From positions 192,001 to 256,000 of the forward strand of contig OY969706.1 of the NCBI GenBank assembly GCA_963702095.1: 64,000 nucleotides of DNA, written 5' to 3'. The stretch comes from Candidatus Bathyarchaeota archaeon. GTDB taxonomy: Archaea > Thermoproteota > Bathyarchaeia > Bathyarchaeales > Bathycorpusculaceae. Both the position numbers and the translations under genes were made by a program. The notes below the pieces were generated by a model. The model had not been told where the DNA came from and did not search any database. It saw nothing but the letters and a program-made list of their open reading frames with translations. Numbering within the stretch: the first letter of the stretch is position 1; every line of letters begins with the position of its first letter. Positions 9,636 to 19,819 of this stretch are shown here, piece by piece.

Positions 9636-11296
9636 ATGAAGCATGTTATGAAAAGCCTAAAACACAACGGCATATTCGTCCCACCCTACGACCTCAAAGG
9701 GTTCACAGTTAAAATTGCAGGTCAACCAATCAAACTATCAGAGAAAAGCGAGCCCATGGCAGTCGCTTGGACCCGCAGAGTCCTATCCACAACCATCCCC
9801 GCGCCAGACAAGGTTTTCACACGCAACTTCATGCGGGAATTCCTCGACCGAATCAAACAGGAAAACCCATCTGCAGCTTACCTCAACACGTTTATCCCAA
9901 AATACATTGACAGCATCGGAAACGCGCCTGCCACACAGAACAATGGCGGCAGCCAAGTCAGCGAAATCGACTTCACACAAGTCCGCGCTTTCATTTTGGA
10001 GGAAAAAGCCAAAAAGGAAGCCCTAACCAAAGAGGAAAAGAAAAAACAAGCCGAAGAGCGCAAAGTCAAACGGTTGGAATTCAAGGAAAAATACGGTTAC
10101 GCCGAAGTCGACGGTCAAAGGTTGGAAGTTGCCAACTGGACCGCGGAGCCCAGTTGCCTCTTTGCAGGACGCGGCGACCACCCGCAGCGGGGCAAATGGA
10201 AAGAAGGCCCCGCCAAGCAGACATCACCATAAACCTCTCACCAGACGCGCCTAAACCAGAGGGGTGGAACGTCACTTGGGAACCTAACAAAATGTATGTT
10301 GCCAAATGGGTTGACAAACTCACAGGCAAAGTCAAATACGTCTGGTTTAGCGACACCGCTTTTTTGAAGCAAAACCGCGAGAAAGAAAAGTTCCAGAAAG
10401 CCGAAACCCTGGGCAAACAAATCAAGCAAATCGAAGCCCACATACTCAAAAACCTCAACGCCAAAGAAGAGGAACGCCGCAAAGTCGCGACGGTTTCATG
10501 GCTGATTCTTGTTCCCAACATGAGGGTCGGTGATGAAAAGGATCCTGACGAAGCCGACACAGTAGGCGCCATCACACTGCGCCCTGAACACATCACAGTC
10601 AACGGTGAATCCCTTCACTTTGACTTCTTAGGCAAAGACAGCGTCCGCTGGGTAAAAGAGTACACGGCACCCCCCTCAGTAATCAGAAACATCGAGGAAT
10701 TCTCCAAAGACACAACCAAGCAGTACCTTTTCGAAGGCATCGACAGCAAAAAAGTCAGCCGCTTCCTCTCTGAGAAAATGCCTAAACTCACCGCCAAAGT
10801 CTTCCGTACCTGGCGATGCACCAAAACCGTCAAAGAAGAACTTGAAAAAAGCGGCGTAACCAAAGAAGACCCCGACTACAAAAAGAACTATGCGGCGAAA
10901 ATGGCTAACTTCAAAGTCGCAGAAGTCGCCAACCACAAACGCAAAATCCCCCCCACCTTTGACCAACGCGTCGCAGAGAAAGAAGCCAAACTCAAAGACA
11001 TGCAGGAAATTCTCAACGCAAAAAAGAAAGAGGGCAAAAAAACTGAGACGCTTGAAACCCGCATTGAACGAGCCAAACTCGACTTAGAACTCACCAAACT
11101 CACCAGAGAATACAACTTGGGCACATCGCTCAAGAGCTACATTGACCCAACCGCCTACGTGAAATGGGCTAAGAAAGTCAAGTTTGACATAGAGAAATTC
11201 TACCCCACGACGTTACGGAGCAAGTTCAGCTGGGCATTGGAGCAGCAAAAGAAGAAAGCGACCGCAACCTGCGACGCCGAGTGCATCACGCCTTGA
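9636..11296 (+). CDS. DNA topoisomerase IB (eukaryote-like), one-base frameshift at ~10208-10211
   Basis: LKHNG, KYGYAEVDG, EP..LF.GRGDHP..GKWK in frame 1; MRVGDEKD, FDFLGKDS, AKVFRT, ANH, TSLKSYIDP in frame 2; adding one C to the C4 run joins the frames (GPRQADI). Confidence 0.92.
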
Positions 11297-11586
11297 GCAT
11301 CAAAGAAACCGGCGACGGCGTCCTATTAACCATTTACGTTAAACCCAACAGCCCCAAATTCAAAGTGGCACTCGACGGAGGCGAAGTGGTTGTTTATGCT
11401 ACTGAGGAACCAGAGAAGGGCAAAGTAAACAAAGAAATCATAAAAGAACTCACCAGGCTTTTGCATGCACAGGTGGAGCTTGCAGCTGGGTTCACTTCTA
11501 AACATAAACAACTGATCATTAAGGGCTTGAATAAGCAGGAACTTGAAAAGGGGCTTTTCGCTAAAAATAAGATTGGAAAAACATAA
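11293..11586 (+). CDS. DUF167/YggU family protein
   Basis: IYVKPNS...PEKGKVN...GFTSKHK pattern; TTG start overlaps topo IB stop. Confidence 0.85.
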   Translation: MSIKETGDGVLLTIYVKPNSPKFKVALDGGEVVVYATEEPEKGKVNKEIIKELTRLLHAQVELAAGFTSKHKQLIIKGLNKQELEKGLFAKNKIGKT

Positions 11587-11615
11587 AAGGCAAACAATAC
11601 AACGCTAGCACGGCG

Positions 11616-12059
11616 ATGAAAATGAAAGCTGATCAGAGAACAACAGCTGAAGTAACCCAAACCTTCAAAGCAATGTTTGAAGCCTTCAAGAAAAAAGACC
11701 TCCAAGCAACCCTCTCCTACTGGGCACCCGACCCCGATCTGGTAGCCATCGGTACAGGCGCCGACGAGAAAGCAGTCGGATTAACCCAGTTCACCGAGAG
11801 CCTAAAGCGGGATTGGGCACAGGGAGAATTACAATCCATCGGCGTCACCGACTTCTCCGTCTCCGCGGCGGGTTTAGTCGCATGGTTCTCAGCCGACATT
11901 ACCTTGCACGGCACCTCAACCGATGGGAACTTTGATTTTCAAACACGCTTAACAGGGGTCATGGAGAAGCGGAATGGGAAGTGGTTGTGGGTGCAGATGC
12001 ATCTATCCACGCCCAGTTGCGAGCAAGAGCATGGGCATTCTTGGCCCACAAATCCGTAG
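11616..12059 (+). CDS. NTF2-like/SnoaL family protein
   Basis: Typical size; RLTGVMEKRNGKWLWVQMHLS C-terminal strand motif. Confidence 0.85.
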   Translation: MKMKADQRTTAEVTQTFKAMFEAFKKKDLQATLSYWAPDPDLVAIGTGADEKAVGLTQFTESLKRDWAQGELQSIGVTDFSVSAAGLVAWFSADITLHGTSTDGNFDFQTRLTGVMEKRNGKWLWVQMHLSTPSCEQEHGHSWPTNP

Positions 12060-12259
12060 CCGCATGGATATGTCGAATCTTGAAATATGCCTTATATGCG
12101 CTGGAACATTAATTGAGCTAAGAACTGAGAGAGGGGCTAACACCCTCACCTTACCATTAGTCGGCTTTTCGTAATTCTTACAAGTTTTGAACTGGAAAAT
12201 TAAAATAAAACTGTTTACTTGTTGTCAGGGCTACAAACATTAGCTTAGAGGTAAAAAGT

Positions 12260-13849
12260 ATGACTGGCAGTCCTGACGAAAACCGAATCATCCCAAGAAC
12301 AATGTCCACTCAGCACCCTGACAACGCAAACAACCCTGAATGGAGCAAAGACGAAGTCATAAACGGCAGCTCAGAAGTCTACGAAGCCTACTGCGCCTAC
12401 GCCTCACTAGGTTGCCAAGAAGTCATGTGGGATTCAGAGGGCAAAGACACCGACACCCACGTTTCCCGCAAACTTCTAGAGAAGTACTGGGATTATTTTG
12501 CCAGCCACACAATCGGCGAAGACGTATACCTCACCTACCGCATACCCAACCCCAAAATCGAAGGCGCCGAAAAGAAAATAATAGTAGAAACCCTACAGAA
12601 CATCCCCGTGGCGTTCGATGTAGCTTCAATGGTGTACAAGCGCGAAGTTGCTCCCATCTTCGAAGTCATCCTCCCATTCACCACCGAAGCCAAAGAAATA
12701 ATCATGCTCTTCAACTACTACAAAAAAGCCATCGTAGCCGCAGAAGACGCCGCCCTCTATGAATCCACAACGGTGAAAGACTGGATTGGCAACGTCAGAC
12801 CCAAAGCCATCAAAGTAATCCCGCTGGTCGAAGACTTCGACAGCATACTACACGTTGACAAAATCGTGGAGCCCTACCTAAAAGCCATCAAGCCCAAACA
12901 GCAACGCGTCTTCATCGCACGATCCGACCCCGCCCTCAACTACGGATTCATCTGCGCAGTTTTGCTCTCCAAAATCGCCCTGAGCAAGCTTAAGGCATTG
13001 GAGAAGCAGCAGAACACCCAAATCCACCCCATCTTAGGCGTCGGCTCTAAACCCTTCAGAGGACACCTCTCCCCCGACAACGTCGACAACTTCCTCGAAG
13101 AATACAAAGGATTATCCACAGTCACCATCCAATCAGCATTCCGTTATGACTACCCCGCCGAGCAGGTTAAAGAGAGCATACAAAGCCTCAGCCAACGTCT
13201 CCCCAACGGCAACCCAGCCGCCATCGGAACCGAAGACATGGACACCTTACAGAATATACTGGGCAAGTTTAGGCTGCAGTATGAACGCCAAATCGAAGCG
13301 TTGGCGCCCTTCATCAACAGCGTCGCCGTCTATGTGCCCCAGCGTAGAGCAAGAAAACTCCACATCGGCCTCTTCGGTTACAGCCGCTGTGTCGCAGGCG
13401 TATGTCTCCCCCGAGCAATCAGCTTCGCCGCCGCCCTCTACAGCGTTGGACTACCCCCCGAATTCATCGGACTCAAAGCGCTGGCTGAATTAAACGACAG
13501 GGAATGGCAGACACTGAACCGCTACTACCTCAAAATGGTCCTTGACCTAAAACTGGTCGGCGAATACGTGTCACTGGAGAACTTTAGCATGCTGTTGGAG
13601 ATGAGCCGCACAACCGCGAAGAGGGCAGGCATGAGCGAGGAAAAACTCAAAGATGCCCTGACCATGGTGCTTGAGGACTTAAACACTGTAGAGCAGAAAA
13701 TGGGCATCAAACTGGGGCCGAAAGGGGTAGCACAGCGCAAACACGAAAACTTTACCAACAATTTCTTGCTCAGCTACATCCAAAAGCAGGATGCAGAGGC
13801 TAAGACGGCGCTGGTGGAGTCGGCTAAACTGCGCAAATGCTTAGGCTAA
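12260..13849 (+). CDS. ppcA: Archaeal-type phosphoenolpyruvate carboxylase
   Basis: IPRTMSTQHPDN, EVMWDSEGK, ARSDPALNYG, PFRGHL, LPRAISF. Confidence 0.97.
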   Translation: MTGSPDENRIIPRTMSTQHPDNANNPEWSKDEVINGSSEVYEAYCAYASLGCQEVMWDSEGKDTDTHVSRKLLEKYWDYFASHTIGEDVYLTYRIPNPKIEGAEKKIIVETLQNIPVAFDVASMVYKREVAPIFEVILPFTTEAKEIIMLFNYYKKAIVAAEDAALYESTTVKDWIGNVRPKAIKVIPLVEDFDSILHVDKIVEPYLKAIKPKQQRVFIARSDPALNYGFICAVLLSKIALSKLKALEKQQNTQIHPILGVGSKPFRGHLSPDNVDNFLEEYKGLSTVTIQSAFRYDYPAEQVKESIQSLSQRLPNGNPAAIGTEDMDTLQNILGKFRLQYERQIEALAPFINSVAVYVPQRRARKLHIGLFGYSRCVAGVCLPRAISFAAALYSVGLPPEFIGLKALAELNDREWQTLNRYYLKMVLDLKLVGEYVSLENFSMLLEMSRTTAKRAGMSEEKLKDALTMVLEDLNTVEQKMGIKLGPKGVAQRKHENFTNNFLLSYIQKQDAEAKTALVESAKLRKCLG

Positions 13850-14094
13850 ATACGCAGCCCTACTCATTTTCTCCTCCTTCTCTGAAGAAACATGAAATTT
13901 AATGTTAAGTCGAATGTTTTTAATGTCATCAAATGTTGACTCGACCCGCTCTATCAGTGGAATCAAAGGATTCTTTGGTTCTGCTTGTGATTTGCTCCAC
14001 AACCAGCCAGCAACCCATTTCCGTTGCTGAAAAAAAAATGCAGCCGCCCACCAAAGCCACAGGAAGAAGAGTAAAGGGGCTCCTCTGCCTTTTT

Positions 14095-14310
14095 CTAACA
14101 ATAGAAAAAACAAAGTAAATAGAAGTTGGAGCCTTCGGCGGGATTTGGACCCGCGACCATTACCTTACCAAGGTTTGATGGAAGTAAAAGCTTATGATAA
14201 TGATAGACGCGCTTGCCATTTTTGAATCCTTCATAATGCTGGATTCTCTGGCTGTTCCCTCTCTGTTGTAGGATTCCTTCGACACCACAAACAGAACAAA
14301 GAGCTTTCAT
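14095..14310 (-). CDS. Integrase N-terminal fragment (intN) with CxxC..H..H zinc finger
   Basis: Reads through att as LGKVMVAGPNPAEGS, the same peptide and frame as the start of intC. Confidence 0.85.
   Translation of the reverse strand: MKALCSVCGVEGILQQRGNSQRIQHYEGFKNGKRVYHYHKLLLPSNLGKVMVAGPNPAEGSNFYLLCFFYC
14127..14174 (-). repeat. att copy (48 bp) duplicating the 3' part of tRNA-Thr
   Basis: TGGAGCCTTCGGCGGGATTTGGACCCGCGACCATTACCTTACCAAGGT identical to 20841-20888. Confidence 0.97.
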
Positions 14311-14430
14311 TCTTTAGCCTCCATGTACGCCATGGCTTCAAATGAGCGTTGGTTTGGAAGGGATTTGAACCCTCGACCCGCAGATTGCAAATAGGATTGA
14401 GTGTTTTTCATTGGAATGCCCTCCCGTTGT

Positions 14431-14904
14431 TTACTCTTTATTAGGGTGGTATAATGCTTCAACTTTTTCTTCTCTTTGAGTAGTCTCTAAGCTTATGCAA
14501 ACCAAGGTTGCAGATGCGGCGAATTTTCCCAATCGACTTAGCTCTTTGTTCGGAACAGCGTTCCACAGTGAAACATATTGGAAAGCACCATTTCTTTTGA
14601 GCGGCATAACGTCAATGTAGTCGTCTGTGCTCATTGCAGAAAGCACAATTCCACCTTTTGGAGTTCTAAAAATAACCTCGTCGTCGAAGTCTAATTTGAA
14701 TTCATGGGTTCCACCTTTTGCAAATTGAAGCTGTACATCCATTGGTTCGAGTGAGTCTGCACTACTTATTTTTCTAAGTCCAAACTCGGCAAGTTTTGTA
14801 ATAATTTCGCTCCTCGAAGACTTAGAGTCTTCTGACAATTTATCAATCTTTTTGACTATGTCTTCGGGCATTGATATTGACATTTTTTCGTAATTAGGGC
14901 TCAT
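14431..14904 (-). CDS. CopG/RHH DNA-binding protein with C-terminal domain of unknown function
   Basis: MSISMPEDIVKKID..SRSEII ribbon-helix-helix pattern. Confidence 0.75.
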   Translation of the reverse strand: MSPNYEKMSISMPEDIVKKIDKLSEDSKSSRSEIITKLAEFGLRKISSADSLEPMDVQLQFAKGGTHEFKLDFDDEVIFRTPKGGIVLSAMSTDDYIDVMPLKRNGAFQYVSLWNAVPNKELSRLGKFAASATLVCISLETTQREEKVEALYHPNKE

Positions 14905-15124
14905 TTTATGCTACCTCAATCTTACCAAAGTACTACTGTGGTAGTATTAATATACTTTTTGTAACTTGAGGAAAAACCTAAGGAAATCCTTAGGGTATTT
15001 GAGCTTATTTTTTAATTTTATAGTAATATTGAACCTAAAAACTTTAAAGAAAACTTTAAAGCTGTTTGTTCGTGCAATAAGCCTTAAAAACACGTCGAAA
15101 TACATTGTACTCTGTTGTGATAAT

Positions 15125-15301
15125 ATGGCGACGAGAGAGCGATTTGTAACGATTCGGGAAGAATCCGACATTATTGACAAAGTGGATAGGCTTGCAAGAG
15201 AGCAGGGGATAGACCGCTCAGGTTTTTACAGGATGGCTGTGAGAGACCGAATCAGGATGGAAGCCGACGAAAACGCCGCAAGATACAAGCGAATTAAATA
15301 G
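15125..15301 (+). CDS. Small CopG/RHH regulator
   Basis: FVTIRE..IDKVDRLAREQGIDRS; divergent from the other RHH gene and heads the rep operon. Confidence 0.75.
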   Translation: MATRERFVTIREESDIIDKVDRLAREQGIDRSGFYRMAVRDRIRMEADENAARYKRIK

Positions 15302-15305
15302 GGAG

Positions 15306-16772
15306 GTGAAAGCAATGACTGAACAAGACCCAGAAAAAAGCCACATTGGCATAACCAAACAATATTGGGATGCCAAAACAGACGCACCAACAACCTATGG
15401 GGTCGGGATGGCTTACTTGACCCTTGGTCACCTTTTAGGTCGAGAGGTAACCAACCATATTCAACCCTCTGAAGTCTTTCATAACATGTATCTGGTCAAT
15501 GTAGGGGATAGCACTACCACAAGGAAATCCACAAGTCAGACAATGGGTTTGGAGCCGATTCCAGCCACTCGGCTAACAGACAATGACGTAGCAAGCCCCG
15601 AAAGGCTCGTGGAAATAATGAGCAAGAAAAACGAGATTATCCAGCCAATGGGCGAATTCAGCAAATTGCTCAAAGGCATAAAAAATGGAAACTACCAAGC
15701 AACATTCGCAGAAGTCTATAATGACTTGCACTCATGCGCTAAATTTTCAAGGAGCTTAAAAAGCAGAAATGGCTCTGAAACCCAATTCACCGTCGAAAAG
15801 CCTTTCCTCTCCATAGTGTCCTCTTGCACCTTTGAAGTATTGCAGGAGACATTGACGAGGGAAATGACTTATGGAGGTCTACTGCCCAGATGGATAATCA
15901 ACTATGGAGAGGCAAAGCGCAGACCGCGAGGCAGGCTTACGGCTGAGGCTTTTGAGCTTCAAGCTCGCTTAACCGAAAACTTTGCCCTCCTTGACAAAAT
16001 CGACAAGAAAGGCGCATACTTTGAGCTAAGTGATGCAGCCTTGGCATACTACAATCAAATCGAGAATGAAGTCTATGAAAACCCCCTGTTTGCCAATGTC
16101 AAGGCTTTTGGAGGAAGATACCTCAATTATCTCATAGCCTTTGCCGACATAAACCTCATCAGCGAAGCCCTTGGAGAGTTTAGCAAGCTCTCAACCCTCA
16201 GGAAGACTTCAATTCGTAAATTAGTTCAATTAGTACAGTTAGTAGAATTAGTAGAGAATATAGAGGGTACTAACGCACATAACCCTTCTAATCCAACTAA
16301 TTCAACTAATCGACTAACCCAGCTACCTGACCCCAACCGCATAATAGTGCAAAAGAGACATGTCCAAAGAGCATGGGCTTTCCTCAAACCCTGCTTAGTA
16401 TCTGCCTCAGAGTTAGCCACTTATGTTGATATGGATAAACCCCTCACCAGAGTCAGAGAATACCTCAAAACCCATGCGATAAACGGTCAGAAAGTCTACC
16501 ATTCCGACCTTATGCGAATGGCAAATGTCAATGCAAGAGAAGCCGAACAGTCAATCCAAAGCCTCAAGCTAAGGGAAGAAATTGAGCAAGGCAGCGAGGC
16601 CTTCACAGCCAAAAACAACCGTCAAATCACGAAGCGATTTTATCTTTGGGTTCCCCTCGAAGCTGAAGAATCAATCGAAGGCACTTCGCACCCTTCACTA
16701 CAATATAGCGAGCCGCATCAGCGGCGAGCCAATATACCAAACCTAATGCCAACCGAGGGGGTGATTGAGTGA
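15306..16772 (+). CDS. DUF3987/YfjI-like P-loop NTPase, putative replication helicase
   Basis: NMYLVNVGDSTTTRKST Walker-A variant, SPE, GEFS, GLLPRW; GGAGG before start. Confidence 0.75.
   Translation: MKAMTEQDPEKSHIGITKQYWDAKTDAPTTYGVGMAYLTLGHLLGREVTNHIQPSEVFHNMYLVNVGDSTTTRKSTSQTMGLEPIPATRLTDNDVASPERLVEIMSKKNEIIQPMGEFSKLLKGIKNGNYQATFAEVYNDLHSCAKFSRSLKSRNGSETQFTVEKPFLSIVSSCTFEVLQETLTREMTYGGLLPRWIINYGEAKRRPRGRLTAEAFELQARLTENFALLDKIDKKGAYFELSDAALAYYNQIENEVYENPLFANVKAFGGRYLNYLIAFADINLISEALGEFSKLSTLRKTSIRKLVQLVQLVELVENIEGTNAHNPSNPTNSTNRLTQLPDPNRIIVQKRHVQRAWAFLKPCLVSASELATYVDMDKPLTRVREYLKTHAINGQKVYHSDLMRMANVNAREAEQSIQSLKLREEIEQGSEAFTAKNNRQITKRFYLWVPLEAEESIEGTSHPSLQYSEPHQRRANIPNLMPTEGVIE
16213..16317. 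repeat. Converging 9-bp-periodic iteron-like array inside the DUF3987 gene
   Basis: TTAGT at 16221, 16230, 16239, 16248; ACTAA-like at 16269, 16278, 16287, 16296, 16305, 16313. Confidence 0.75.
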
Positions 16773-17305
16773 GCTATATGAGTGTAGATTCAATGTATGC
16801 CAAGGAAAACATTGAGATTGACATAAGGGAATTGGCTGAATCCCTAAAGGCACAGCAGAGAAAACAGGCAGATGCAGATTCCCAATTCAAGCCTAATGCA
16901 TCCAACGGAATCAATAAACCGAAACAGTCCCCTGAAGCCCTTAGGGCAAGAATGGAAGAGTTCCTGCGGAAAGGCTGGATATCCGCCGAGCCTAAGCCTA
17001 CTGAGCCGATTGTCATTAAAATGGAGCCCAAAGATGCCTACTTGCATAGACTGCCAAAAGTGCTTGGCGCCTGCCCCTATTCAGTCAATGAGATGCTTGA
17101 GCGAGGGAAAAATCAAGGTATCATCAATGACCTCTATGGCGAACGGCAAAAACAACCCAAGCCCTTAGACGAGGTCTATCGGGCTGAAGGCATGCTGCCA
17201 GCCGAACCATTAGACTTGTACCGACAAAGAAATCAAATTCGAAGGACAGCGACTTCCCCAGAGAAAGAAGCCTTAGCATTGATTCAGAAATTCGGTTTAA
17301 GGTGA
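16769..17305 (+). CDS. Hypothetical protein (element operon)
   Basis: GTGA overlap with upstream gene; GGGGGTG SD-like sequence. Confidence 0.7.
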   Translation: MSYMSVDSMYAKENIEIDIRELAESLKAQQRKQADADSQFKPNASNGINKPKQSPEALRARMEEFLRKGWISAEPKPTEPIVIKMEPKDAYLHRLPKVLGACPYSVNEMLERGKNQGIINDLYGERQKQPKPLDEVYRAEGMLPAEPLDLYRQRNQIRRTATSPEKEALALIQKFGLR

Positions 17306-17676
17306 AGGAGGCAATGGAAGCGTTGATAACTCAAGAAAGCAGGCAGAAACCAACATTGACAGATAAACCCAAAGAGCGTAGAAAGCGACTATTTCAGGTA
17401 TTGGACTCAATAATAAGCTTCGCTGAAGAAAAAAGAGTGCTTAAAGGCAACTCAGACAAAGCTAAGCAGGCATGGAGCCGAATCGCGATAAGCGCAATCG
17501 ACAGCTATGGTAATCTATTGAAGACGGATGAACTCCAAAACATTGAGGCTCGACTTGAAGCTCTCGAACATGGGAAAACAAGAATCCTTGAGCCTCTTCC
17601 CATGAGGGAAAACCTGCTTGACAGACTAAAAAGAGAAGAGAACGAGCGAAAGCAAGCTGGGATGCAATATGACTAA
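17302..17676 (+). CDS. Hypothetical helical/coiled-coil protein
   Basis: Translationally coupled; IEARLEALE heptad. Confidence 0.7.
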   Translation: MKEAMEALITQESRQKPTLTDKPKERRKRLFQVLDSIISFAEEKRVLKGNSDKAKQAWSRIAISAIDSYGNLLKTDELQNIEARLEALEHGKTRILEPLPMRENLLDRLKREENERKQAGMQYD

Positions 17677-17941
17677 GACACTGAAGCGTAGAATCAAGCA
17701 ACTGGAAGAAAAGAGCAGCTACAAACACCTCTTTCCTTCAATCACCTTTGACCTTGTGAAGCTAATCGTGGAGCAGAGAAAGGAAATCGAGCGCTTACGC
17801 AATCTCAGCGACGCCGAGTTTGAAGCCTACCTTACTGAAGCTGAAAAGACGTTAACTGACCCCACAGACGAAACGGCAACAGCAAAACGGGCAGCTTTAC
17901 GGGTCTTATTACAAGAAAAGAAGCGCCAACCTTTAGACTGA
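17669..17941 (+). CDS. Hypothetical coiled-coil protein
   Basis: Overlaps upstream stop; LKRRIKQLEE. Confidence 0.65.
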   Translation: MTKTLKRRIKQLEEKSSYKHLFPSITFDLVKLIVEQRKEIERLRNLSDAEFEAYLTEAEKTLTDPTDETATAKRAALRVLLQEKKRQPLD

Positions 17942-17977
17942 CACAGAAACAGGACGGGTATACCTTCCCCATCCTTG

Positions 17978-18022
17978 GGCTCACGTTGCTATCCCTTAGG
18001 CATTTGGGTGGCAGCGTGAGCC
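17978..18022 (+). other. 17-bp-stem hairpin after the element operon (terminator or single-strand origin)
   Basis: GGCTCACGTTGCTATCC/GGGTGGCAGCGTGAGCC with three G-T pairs favouring the + strand. Confidence 0.6.
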
Positions 18023-18093
18023 TGTCTCAGATGCCATGCGTGATAACAGCAGCAAGCTCTATGTGAATATCAGAAGTAAAACCGAGCATTAAC

Positions 18094-18849
18094 TTACGCT
18101 TTGTACGGTTTAGCGGTTTTTCGATGCCTAACTATCAAGGCAACAGAGAGACCGAGTAGTAGCAGAGGCACAACCGCTAACCAAGACAACTCTGGAACAG
18201 TTGGAGATGGAGTTGGTGAAGCAGAATTCGCTGGAATAGTTAGTGTTTTCGTGTTACTCCAAGCACTTGCTTGACCGTCAAAAACAAATGGATACATATC
18301 TAATTGATTTGTTGCAGAAGCGTTGTAGCCACGATGTACTGCCCCTATTAACGCTTGAACTTGAAAGTCTATCTGATAATTTGTTGTAAGACCGTTTGGA
18401 TTGAATTCTTCTGAATAGACCATAGTATAATCAGAGTTTGATTGGGTTGGGAAGTCTGTGTCAGGGCTATAAAGTATTTTCCAATTATCTTCAAAATGCC
18501 CCTTCATACGGACGTTATAATATAATGTTGGAATAAAACCAGAATTTCCTTCTGGATTCCATTGTGGCGTAAATGGTTGGTTCTTTACGATAACTTGTAT
18601 GGAGTAATTTTCTATGTAAGAACTTGGGCTTGTTTCGTTTTGCCCTGTATAAGGGTTAATCGTTGAACTTGCAGGTATCTCATAAGATGCGTTTACAAAT
18701 TTGACGCTAAATTCAGGAATAGAAGGAACAGGTACGGAAGGATTTGGGGTTGTTTGAGCATTTGCGGGTTTAACCATTAACATAGTCAGGCATGACAAAA
18801 CGATGATTAGTGTTAGCATTAATGCCAAAGTCTTGCTCTTGCTACCCAT
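18094..18849 (-). CDS. Secreted cell-surface protein with PEF-CTERM-like anchor
   Basis: Signal peptide, PSIPEFSVK, PTPSPTVPEL followed by TM helix and RHRK. Confidence 0.8.
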   Translation of the reverse strand: MGSKSKTLALMLTLIIVLSCLTMLMVKPANAQTTPNPSVPVPSIPEFSVKFVNASYEIPASSTINPYTGQNETSPSSYIENYSIQVIVKNQPFTPQWNPEGNSGFIPTLYYNVRMKGHFEDNWKILYSPDTDFPTQSNSDYTMVYSEEFNPNGLTTNYQIDFQVQALIGAVHRGYNASATNQLDMYPFVFDGQASAWSNTKTLTIPANSASPTPSPTVPELSWLAVVPLLLLGLSVALIVRHRKTAKPYKA

Positions 18850-19083
18850 GACAGTATTAGGTGCATAAAGCCGATATAACGTTAATTGTTTAGGTTTGTG
18901 GACTAAGCCCAGTCAAGGATTCTTGACTACTTACGCTTCCTAAACAACCTAAACCCATCCATTTCAGTTACATACTCAAAACTTGCATCAATCAGGACTG
19001 TTGCTTTCTTGGTCTCTGGACTTCATCGGTACGAGTAAAAAGTTAAATGCTCAAGAAACGATTAGCCAAACAAGGTCGGTTGA

Positions 19084-19749
19084 ATGCCAAGAGAAAAATT
19101 GGAAGAAAAACTTTACTCTCCTACAGTTAAAGCGCTAAAAAAAATGTTTGACAGTTATTATTGCGATAAAAGCCGACTTTATGGTAAACCACTTCCGGGT
19201 ACTGATTACCGACCTCAAACTGGTTTAAGCGAAGCCGAAATAGATAATCCCCACCTTGAGATAACAGCACAAGGTCAGTTTTCCGAACCGTTAAAATTCA
19301 AACAATCCGACCCTTACCTGTTTGAACAACTTTTTGCCGAGGAGTTGCGACCGGATATTCTTGGCTACGTAATAAAAAGCACAGGTAATAAACCAAGCCC
19401 TCCCGAAACCATTGTCGTTGAAATAAAGGCACACGAGTTGACTCTACGAGATTTGATGCAGGCTAAACTGTATGGAACTATCTTTGGCGCTAAGCATACG
19501 TTTTTGCTTTCGCCACAGGGGATGAAAGGCGAAAAAATGGCAGTTATTATGAAGCATGGTGAACTTCTAAGGGGTAACGTGATAATAGGCAAATGTCACG
19601 AAAACGGTGTTGTGCTGTTTGACCCAAGGCTTGTTGACTGCATGCCCTCGGAAGGGTTTAAGCACTTCTGTATAGAATCAAGATACTACTCTAATGCATG
19701 GTTCGCACTTACCCTCGAAGAAGCAATGAACCCCAAACTGAAAAAATAG
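19084..19749 (+). CDS. PD-(D/E)xK restriction-endonuclease-like protein
   Basis: LRPDILG...IVVEIK...LMQAKLY. Confidence 0.6.
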   Translation: MPREKLEEKLYSPTVKALKKMFDSYYCDKSRLYGKPLPGTDYRPQTGLSEAEIDNPHLEITAQGQFSEPLKFKQSDPYLFEQLFAEELRPDILGYVIKSTGNKPSPPETIVVEIKAHELTLRDLMQAKLYGTIFGAKHTFLLSPQGMKGEKMAVIMKHGELLRGNVIIGKCHENGVVLFDPRLVDCMPSEGFKHFCIESRYYSNAWFALTLEEAMNPKLKK

Positions 19750-19819
19750 CGATTATGTGAAGTAGGAGTTATTCTCGCCTCTTCTTGAAGAGTCTCTCGA
19801 CCGTTTTGCACACCACAGG

